Source: Okeania sp. (GTDB lineage Bacteria > Cyanobacteriota > Cyanobacteriia > Cyanobacteriales > Microcoleaceae). From it: a stretch of DNA of 32,000 nucleotides. The stretch is taken from NCBI RefSeq assembly GCF_035285525.1, contig NZ_JAYKGW010000186.1, positions 1 to 32,000 on the forward strand. Reading direction: 5' to 3'. This document shows positions 10,849-16,515 of this stretch, in pieces; the first letter of the stretch is position 1; each line of letters opens with the position of its first letter. Made by a program: the position numbers and the translations under genes. The notes under the pieces are model-generated. The model ran no database searches. It was not told the origin of the DNA and saw nothing but the letters and a program-made list of their open reading frames with translations.

Positions 10849-11051
10849 TTTACGAAATAATCCTTTACTGGAGTCAAGAAGACCGAGCATTTATAGAAGA
10901 AGTTCCAGAATTACCAGGTTGTATTGCTGATGGAGAAACCTATCAACAAGCACTGCAAAATGTAGAAATAATTATGCAAGAATGGATAGAAACTGCTCAA
11001 GAATTAGGACGAGAAATTCCTACACCAAAAAATCGGTTAATCTTAACATAG
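10845..11051 (+). CDS. hicB: HicB-family antitoxin-like protein (N-terminal HicB fold only, no DNA-binding domain)
   Basis: 68 aa: MIYEIILYWSQEDRAFIEEVPELPGCIADGETYQQALQNVEIIMQEWIETAQELGREIPTP. The vPeLPGC..G.T..eA core is typical of HicB/UPF0150. The ATG overlaps the stop of the upstream nuclease gene (ATGA at 10845-10848). Confidence 0.85.
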   Translation: MIYEIILYWSQEDRAFIEEVPELPGCIADGETYQQALQNVEIIMQEWIETAQELGREIPTPKNRLILT

Positions 11052-11066
11052 ATAAAATAGGCGATT
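10955..11066 (+). repeat. hicB 3'-end unit, copy 1 (functional copy inside hicB)
   Basis: 10955-11041 is identical (87/87 by eye) to 15297-15383. The tail catagataaaataggcgat resembles the tails of copies 3-5. Confidence 0.9.
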
Positions 11067-11186
11067 CTCTAGTTAATTATATATTCAATCAGACATAATA
11101 AAAATTTACATAGCAATTAGATTAAATTTGTAGTAAAGTATTAAGTGAAGTTGTTTTTGAAAAAATTTGAGAAAAGGAAAATCTAG

Positions 11187-11999
11187 ATGACAAATAAAAC
11201 CTGCTTTGATATTTTTGAGCAGTGCGTATTAGCTGTCCAGGGAGGTGAACTCATTGAATCTGTCAGCCGTAAAGACAAAGAGTTTCATTTTCAAAACTGG
11301 TTTAAAAAACGTTTACAAAATATTCCAGTTCATTTTGAAGAATCAGGGAGAAATAAATACCCAGATTTCTGTTTAGTCGAGTCAACTGAAGGTTATGAGG
11401 TTAAAGGTTTGGCTTGGCCTGGCCGCGAACGTGACTACGACTGCAATAGCCAAGTTCCAACAGGTTATCATAACGGCAGGCAAATATTTTATGTTTTTGG
11501 TCGTTATCCTGCCGATCTGTCAGTTTATCCAGACAAAGTGAACGGAAACCGACAGTATCCAGTAATCGATCTAGTAATCTGTCACGGTGATTTTCTGAAT
11601 GCAGAACATAACTACGTTCACAAGAATAAAAGTGTCAAAGGTTTTGGCAGTTATGGAGATATTATGATTCGCGATCGCAAAATGTATGTTGCTCCAACAC
11701 CTTTTGCACTAACCGAAGGAACAACCGGTTTAATGACTCTCATTGTTCCCGAAGGTATGGATGCTGACTCTAGGTTTCAAGAAGTTGGTCGATTAAGTCG
11801 TTTTGAAGCAGACAGTCTAGTAGTCGGTTACTCCTTTGACTTGGAGACTAACGAACTTAAAGCCCAGATGCGTCCTAATCCCAATGCAGGAAACGAACAT
11901 AAATTTATAGCATATAGGCTCACTAACCAAGGCTCAAGGTTTGTCACAATGGCAGGTGTTACTCCAGCTATTGATGAAAGTATGGAAAGTAATGAGTAA
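11187..11999 (+). CDS. Putative PD-(D/E)xK restriction endonuclease
   Basis: 270-aa ORF with E32...KYPD60FCLVESTEGYE71VK73GL, a classic E...PD...ExK arrangement. It lies directly upstream of a DNA methyltransferase on the same strand. Confidence 0.6.
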   Translation: MTNKTCFDIFEQCVLAVQGGELIESVSRKDKEFHFQNWFKKRLQNIPVHFEESGRNKYPDFCLVESTEGYEVKGLAWPGRERDYDCNSQVPTGYHNGRQIFYVFGRYPADLSVYPDKVNGNRQYPVIDLVICHGDFLNAEHNYVHKNKSVKGFGSYGDIMIRDRKMYVAPTPFALTEGTTGLMTLIVPEGMDADSRFQEVGRLSRFEADSLVVGYSFDLETNELKAQMRPNPNAGNEHKFIAYRLTNQGSRFVTMAGVTPAIDESMESNE

Positions 12000-12002
12000 T
12001 AG

Positions 12003-12085
12003 ACATCTCCAAAAATCAAAAATCAAATCAATTATTTCGTCCTGTTCCCTGTTCCCTATTCCCTGTTCCCTATTTTCTGGAGATG
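12003..12085. mobile_element. 83-bp MITE-like element with terminal inverted repeats and an internal heptamer array
   Basis: Left end catctccaaaaat, right end attttctggagatg. The interior is cctgttc cctgttc cctattc cctgttc cctattt. A related inverted copy is at 19641-19747 and a partial copy at 20317-20345. Confidence 0.75.
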
Positions 12086-12089
12086 AGTA

Positions 12090-14219
12090 ATGAATCCAAG
12101 AATTAAACAACATCCATTGATTCCACCCGATGCAACTACTGCAATTGAATGTGATTTCCCGATTCTTGAAATTAGCCAATTAGCAGAGCGAGAGAGTTGG
12201 CGTAAGGAAATTAATCGCCCAATATATCACATTCACAAATGGTGGGCGACACGCTTGGGAACAGTATTTCGTGCCATTACTTTAGCAGCTTTGAGTCGCC
12301 CTGGTACTAATATTTGGAACAATTTCTATGAAAGTCACCAATTCACGAACAAAGTCGTACTCGATCCATTTATGGGTAGTGGTACAACCCTAGGGGAAGC
12401 AGTTAAACTAGGAGCTAAGGCAATAGGTTGCGATATCAACCCCATCAGCACTTTTCTGGTTCGTCAAGCATTTACTAGAGTTCCAGAAACAGAACTTCGG
12501 GCTGCATTTACTCGTCTTGAACAGAAAGTTGCTCCCGATATTCGTCATTATTATCAGACTAGAGACCCACATACTGGCGAATTGATACCAGTGCTTTACT
12601 TTTTCTGGGTTAAGACTGTCGTCACACCCACGTTGGAAACGATTCCACTTTTTTCTAGGTATGTATTTTCACAGAATGCTTACCCTAAGAAAAAGCCGAA
12701 AGCTCAGATTATTTGTCCCAACTGTTGGAGTGTAATTGAAAATAGGTATGACACCACCAACCTGATATGTCCTCATTGTCAGCATTCCTTCAATCCTCAA
12801 AAAGGACCTGCATCGGGTCAATACATAACTGCACAAGATGGTACTCGCTACCGTATTAAAGACCTTTTACCATCTAATGGCAACCCACCAGTAAATCGGC
12901 TATATGCTATTATGGCGTTACGTCGAAATGGTGAGAAAGTTTACCTTCCAGTGAGAGAGGAAGATTTATCATTGTATACTGAGGCTGAAGCCAGACTAAA
13001 ATCTGAGACTTTGCCACTACCAACTTTGAAAATTAGAGATGGATATAATACCAACCAAGCTCGTAGTTATAATTACACCTACTGGCGCGACTTTTTTAAT
13101 TCTAGACAGTTATTATGTCTTGGACTCCTGTTGCGCAGTATCCTTGAAATAGAAGATCAAGCCATTCAGGAGCAAATGTTATGTCTCTTTTCTAGCACTT
13201 TGGAATTCAATAGTTTGTTTTGTAGTTTCAAAGGTGAGGGTACTGGTGCTGTGCGACATACCTTTTCAAATCATATATTAAAGCCAGAGCGTACTCCCTT
13301 AGAAAACTCAGTATGGGGAACGGATAAGAGCAGTGGTACTTTCAGTAGCCTGTTTGAGTCGCGCTTGATGCGAGCAAAACGCTATCTGGATTATCCTTTT
13401 GAAATTAAACGTAACTTCACTGTTAAGCAGAAAGCATCCCAAAAACCTGTAGCAAGTCAAAGTATTAACGTTCAGAAAGTAAAAACATGGGAGCAATTTG
13501 ATAATAGGGAAAATAGCCTGATGGTAATCAATGGTGATAGTTCCTACTTACCCTTACCTGCAAAATCAGTTGATGCAGTTGTTACCGATCCCCCTTATTT
13601 CGATTTCATCCATTACAGCGAGTTAAGTGATTTCTTTTTTGCCTGGCTGTCTCCTGTTCTCAAAGATCGCTATCCAGAGTTTGCCAAACCTAATTCATCA
13701 AACCAGGGAGAAGTTCAAGATAAAAGTCCCCTCATATTTGCCAGACAACTTGCTTCAGTTTTTTCTCAGTGTAGCCGTGTACTTAAGGATGATGGAGTAT
13801 TGGTATTCAGTTTTCATCACTCCAAAGTTGAAGGATGGGCTGCGATTTGCGAAGCTATTACAATTGCTGGAATGCTTGTTGTTGCAACACATCCAGTTTA
13901 TAGTGAGTTCCGCACAGGAACCTCAAAGACAGCAGCTAAAAGCCGGATTTGCCTAGATGCAATCTTAGTTTGTAAGAAATATTCCTCATTTAATATACGT
14001 CTAGACCAGCAGACTTTAATAAGTAAGACTGAAACTTTAGCTAAACAACTCGAAGAGGGCGGAATATCTATTTCTGAAGCAGATCGTTTTGTAATTCTTG
14101 CCTCACAGATGTTAATCCCTTTATCTCAACAAAAAAGAGACTTTAATTTTGTGTGCAATACTTTACAACAAATACATCAAGTTGCTCAAAAATCTTGGAA
14201 TTCTAAAGTGGCTTCCTAA
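12090..14219 (+). CDS. DNA methyltransferase (N6-adenine/N4-cytosine class) with DUF1156-like N-terminus and internal zinc ribbon
   Basis: 709 aa. AdoMet motif I is VVLDPFMGSGTTLGEAVKLGAKAIGCDINP (from about nt 12357). Catalytic motif IV is VVTDPPYFDF (about nt 13579), roughly 380 aa downstream. CPNC...CPHC lies at 12714-12779. The N-terminal ERESWRKEINRPIYHIHKWWATR resembles the DUF1156 signature. Confidence 0.8.
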   Translation: MNPRIKQHPLIPPDATTAIECDFPILEISQLAERESWRKEINRPIYHIHKWWATRLGTVFRAITLAALSRPGTNIWNNFYESHQFTNKVVLDPFMGSGTTLGEAVKLGAKAIGCDINPISTFLVRQAFTRVPETELRAAFTRLEQKVAPDIRHYYQTRDPHTGELIPVLYFFWVKTVVTPTLETIPLFSRYVFSQNAYPKKKPKAQIICPNCWSVIENRYDTTNLICPHCQHSFNPQKGPASGQYITAQDGTRYRIKDLLPSNGNPPVNRLYAIMALRRNGEKVYLPVREEDLSLYTEAEARLKSETLPLPTLKIRDGYNTNQARSYNYTYWRDFFNSRQLLCLGLLLRSILEIEDQAIQEQMLCLFSSTLEFNSLFCSFKGEGTGAVRHTFSNHILKPERTPLENSVWGTDKSSGTFSSLFESRLMRAKRYLDYPFEIKRNFTVKQKASQKPVASQSINVQKVKTWEQFDNRENSLMVINGDSSYLPLPAKSVDAVVTDPPYFDFIHYSELSDFFFAWLSPVLKDRYPEFAKPNSSNQGEVQDKSPLIFARQLASVFSQCSRVLKDDGVLVFSFHHSKVEGWAAICEAITIAGMLVVATHPVYSEFRTGTSKTAAKSRICLDAILVCKKYSSFNIRLDQQTLISKTETLAKQLEEGGISISEADRFVILASQMLIPLSQQKRDFNFVCNTLQQIHQVAQKSWNSKVAS

Positions 14220-14281
14220 TGTAGAAATAATTATGCAAGAATGGATAGAAACTGCTCAATAATTAGGACGAGAAATTCCTA
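14218..14281 (+). repeat. hicB 3'-end unit, copy 2 (5' part only)
   Basis: 64 bp, aatgtagaaataattatgcaagaatggatagaaactgctcaaTaattaggacgagaaattccta, with 1 mismatch to copy 1. It exactly fills the gap between the methyltransferase stop (14217-14219) and the parD stop (14285-14287). Confidence 0.9.
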
Positions 14282-14284
14282 TCA

Positions 14285-14566
14285 TTATTTAATTATTCCT
14301 TGTTTCATTTCAGTTTCAATGTGGTTAATATCTGCCTCTAATTCTGCAAATACTTCTTCTCCATCAATTCCTTCACCACGATCTAGTTCTTCTATTCCCA
14401 TTCTTATTTTTTCTTTTAACTCAACAAAATGTTTAGCACGAATACTCTCTTTTTCTGATAAAAGTCGCAATGCTTCTCCTACTACTTCTGTAGCGGATGA
14501 ATACCTACCACTATTAACTTGTTCCTCAATAAATTTTCGCGCTTCTAGACTTAAAGATATGTTCAT
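14285..14566 (-). CDS. parD: ParD-family (COG3609, ribbon-helix-helix) type II antitoxin with no cognate parE
   Basis: 93 aa: MNISLSLEARKFIEEQVNSGRYSSATEVVGEALRLLSEKE..., the canonical ParD4-type N-terminus. Confidence 0.85.
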   Translation of the reverse strand: MNISLSLEARKFIEEQVNSGRYSSATEVVGEALRLLSEKESIRAKHFVELKEKIRMGIEELDRGEGIDGEEVFAELEADINHIETEMKQGIIK

Positions 14567-14655
14567 AAAAACGACCTAAATAATTGTCAAATTATTAAAA
14601 TTATAACCCTAGTAGGAAAATATAGCAAGTTGCATAATTTCCAGAATTATCCGCA

Positions 14656-14757
14656 CAAAAATACGGTCAATATTGATATAGATAAAGCAGGCGATCGCTC
14701 TTTTTATGAAGAGAGCGATCGCCACCATAACCAAACCAAAAATACCTGCTACTTTTA
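14656..14757 (+). repeat. hicB 3'-end unit, copy 3 (3' part plus HIP1 hairpin)
   Basis: caaaaatacggtcaatattgatatagataaagcaggcgatcgc aligns with ccaaaaaatcggttaatattggctagatagaagaggcgatcgc of copy 4. The trailing ..ataaccaaaccaaaaatacctgctactttt matches copy 5. Confidence 0.75.
14690..14723 (-). terminator. Near-perfect HIP1-based hairpin downstream of the DUF4160/DUF2442 operon
   Basis: ggcgatcgctct-ttttatga-agagagcgatcgcc has a 12-bp stem and lies 32 nt past the 14755 stop on the minus strand. Confidence 0.5.
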
Positions 14758-15030
14758 CACCAAAGAATGTACTTGACTACCAGGAGCAGGTGCGCCTCGT
14801 AATAATCCTTCCGTACTAATATCTTCGTCTATTTCTTCCCAATGAATACCATAACCACCACCACATATTTCCCATGCTTGTAGTTGTTCGGGAGTTGCTT
14901 TTAATAGACGAGGATACCAAACTAAAGGAACAGTAATAGTACGTCCATCCATCAGTTCAACACTGAAAGTATCCTCTTGTATTTGTACATTTTTAACTCG
15001 CTCATCAGCTTGAGGTGTTGAAGTACTCAT
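14755..15030 (-). CDS. DUF2442 domain protein
   Basis: 91 aa with FSVELMDGRTITVPLVWYPRLLKATPEQLQAWEICGGGYGIHWEEIDEDIS, the DUF2442 pattern. It overlaps the upstream DUF4160 gene by 26 nt. Confidence 0.8.
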   Translation of the reverse strand: MSTSTPQADERVKNVQIQEDTFSVELMDGRTITVPLVWYPRLLKATPEQLQAWEICGGGYGIHWEEIDEDISTEGLLRGAPAPGSQVHSLV

Positions 15031-15247
15031 TCCATTTCTCCAAAAAATTTTGTTGATTTAATTCGACAATTGATTGAATTTTTCTTAACTCTTTAGGACT
15101 GAACCCAATATTCTTAGCTAGAGATACAGAAGATAACCAGAATTTGGCAGAAAGATTATCTCTATCAACATGAATATGTGGTGGTTCATTTGGTTCGTGA
15201 CTATAGAAGTAAAAGCGATATGCTTCAAATCTAAGAACAGTTGGCAT
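15005..15247 (-). CDS. DUF4160 domain protein
   Basis: 80 aa: MPTVLRFEAYRFYFYSHEPNEPPHIHVDRDNLSAKFWL, the DUF4160 signature (F.F.F.S.E...PHiHv). It forms the commonly conserved pair with DUF2442. Confidence 0.8.
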   Translation of the reverse strand: MPTVLRFEAYRFYFYSHEPNEPPHIHVDRDNLSAKFWLSSVSLAKNIGFSPKELRKIQSIVELNQQNFLEKWNEYFNTSS

Positions 15248-15296
15248 TTTTTACTACTAAAATTTACTTTATTAATAGCATATATTGTCAAGCTTG

Positions 15297-15437
15297 GCAA
15301 AATGTAGAAATAATTATGCAAGAATGGATAGAAACTGCTCAAGAATTAGGACGAGAAATTCCTACACCAAAAAATCGGTTAATATTGGCTAGATAGAAGA
15401 GGCGATCGCCTTCCTCATAAAGAGAGCGATCACTACC
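15297..15437 (+). repeat. hicB 3'-end unit, copy 4 (full length: last ~29 hicB codons, alternative stop, degenerate HIP1 hairpin and T-run)
   Basis: 15297-15383 is identical to 10955-11041. It continues attggctagatag (would encode ..NRLILAR-stop), then ggcgatcgccttcctcataaagagagcgatcactacc followed by tttttttatt. Confidence 0.9.
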
Positions 15438-15515
15438 TTTTTTTATTACAACTTTTTGTGCTATCCTAAAGTAGATATTGCCTACTAAAAATAATCAAAT
15501 CAAGGAGTGAAAATC

Positions 15516-15845
15516 ATGGAAAACCCAATAGAAAAAATGGCAAAAGCAGCTACTAGAATAGATATTCGTGCTGCTGTGTCTGCGGCCAAGAATTACTTAA
15601 TTTCAGTGAAAGATTTATTAGGAGGAACACAAGATATTAGACTAGAAGAAGTTGAATTATCTGAAAACGAACAATTTTGGTTAATTACACTTGGATATAA
15701 CCGCAGAAAAGACCTTGCTTTACCTGATGAAGTTGATTATAGCGACTTATCTCCCGAATTTATTGGCATAGAACGAGATTATAAAATTTTTACAGTTAAT
15801 GCTCAGACAGGTGTAGTTGAATCTATGAAAATCCGCGAATTATGA
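15516..15845 (+). CDS. Hypothetical 109-aa protein, upstream partner of the PIN-like gene
   Basis: The ORF track starts at GTG 15507. I prefer ATG 15516, which is 8 nt after AGGAG (15503-15507). The stop overlaps the next gene's start (ATGA at 15842-15845). I see no RHH, HTH or AbrB motif. The C-terminus YKIFTVNAQTGVVESMKIREL is PepSY-like in flavour only. Confidence 0.6.
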   Translation: MENPIEKMAKAATRIDIRAAVSAAKNYLISVKDLLGGTQDIRLEEVELSENEQFWLITLGYNRRKDLALPDEVDYSDLSPEFIGIERDYKIFTVNAQTGVVESMKIREL

Positions 15846-16333
15846 TAATTGAAACTCAACTGTTAAAAAAATATCAAAGCAAAGGTATTTTAGTTGATAC
15901 AAATATTTTGCTTTTATGGTTTGTTGGTAGAGTTAATCAAAAGCGCATTTCTCGATTTAATCGCACTAAAAAATTTCTACCAGAACATTATCAATTATTA
16001 GATAGACTATTAAAGTTTGCCAAAGTTGTTACCACCCCTAATATTCTGACAGAAGTTAATAGTTTAATTAATCAAATGGGCGAACCAGACCGCTCAAAAT
16101 GCCTCAGTATTTTAGCTAAAGAAGTTACTAAACTAGATGAATTTTATCTTGAAAGTAGCACTGTCAGTCAAGAGGAAAAATTTACTAAATTTGGTTTAAC
16201 TGACAGTGGAATTATCAGTCTAGTACAAGGAAAATATTTAGTATTAACTGACGATTTTCCACTAGCAAATTATTTACAAAGCATTGGAGTTGATACAGTT
16301 AATTTTAACTATTTGATTGATTATCAATGGTAG
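15842..16333 (+). CDS. PIN-like domain nuclease (putative toxin or defence effector)
   Basis: 163 aa with acidic residues in PIN order: GILVDTNILL (D), TPNILTEVNSL (E), GLTDSGIISL (D), LVLTDDFPL (D). Confidence 0.65.
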   Translation: MIIETQLLKKYQSKGILVDTNILLLWFVGRVNQKRISRFNRTKKFLPEHYQLLDRLLKFAKVVTTPNILTEVNSLINQMGEPDRSKCLSILAKEVTKLDEFYLESSTVSQEEKFTKFGLTDSGIISLVQGKYLVLTDDFPLANYLQSIGVDTVNFNYLIDYQW

Positions 16334-16367
16334 TTGAAAAAAACTAAAATCTTCAGTCCAAAGGCTT

Positions 16368-16489
16368 AAAATACAGTCAATATTGACATAGATAAAACAA
16401 GCGATAGAACTCCGTTCCGCTTCGCGATCGCCTTCCTAAGAAAAAGAGCGATCGCTACTATAATTAAACTAAAAATACCTGCTATTTCA
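16368..16489 (+). repeat. hicB 3'-end unit, copy 5 (3' part plus hairpin, with ~20-bp insertion)
   Basis: aaaatacagtcaatattgacatagataaaacaagcgat...cgcgatcgccttcctaagaaaaagagcgatcgctactataattaaactaaaaatacctgctatttc is colinear with copy 3. It abuts the valS 3' end. Confidence 0.75.
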
Positions 16490-16515
16490 TATCAATAATT
16501 TTCAGATATATCTGC

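Noticed and set aside
10742-10930. 62-aa ORF spanning the GmrSD/hicB junction
   Set aside because: It is an alternative frame of two supported genes with no motifs.
11828-12179. Minus-strand ORFs 11828-12019 and 11934-12179
   Set aside because: They are antisense to the nuclease and methyltransferase genes and run through the MITE-like spacer.
13308-13956. ORFs 13308-13496 (-) and 13627-13956 (+)
   Set aside because: They are embedded in the methyltransferase ORF, in antisense or an alternative frame.
14241-14579. 112-aa plus-strand ORF
   Set aside because: It is antisense to the clearly recognisable ParD ORF and starts inside hicB-unit copy 2. Its translation is Ser-rich and low in complexity.
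15118-15342. 74-aa minus-strand ORF
   Set aside because: It is an alternative frame of the DUF4160 gene and extends into hicB-unit copy 4.
10955-16489. Possibility that the repeated hicB-derived units form a CRISPR array or a classical integron
   Set aside because: Spacing is irregular (0.4-3.2 kb) and the intervening segments are genes, so this is not CRISPR. No IntI-type integrase or attI is visible in the 32 kb, so I do not call it an integron. It is reported only as an integron-like architecture.
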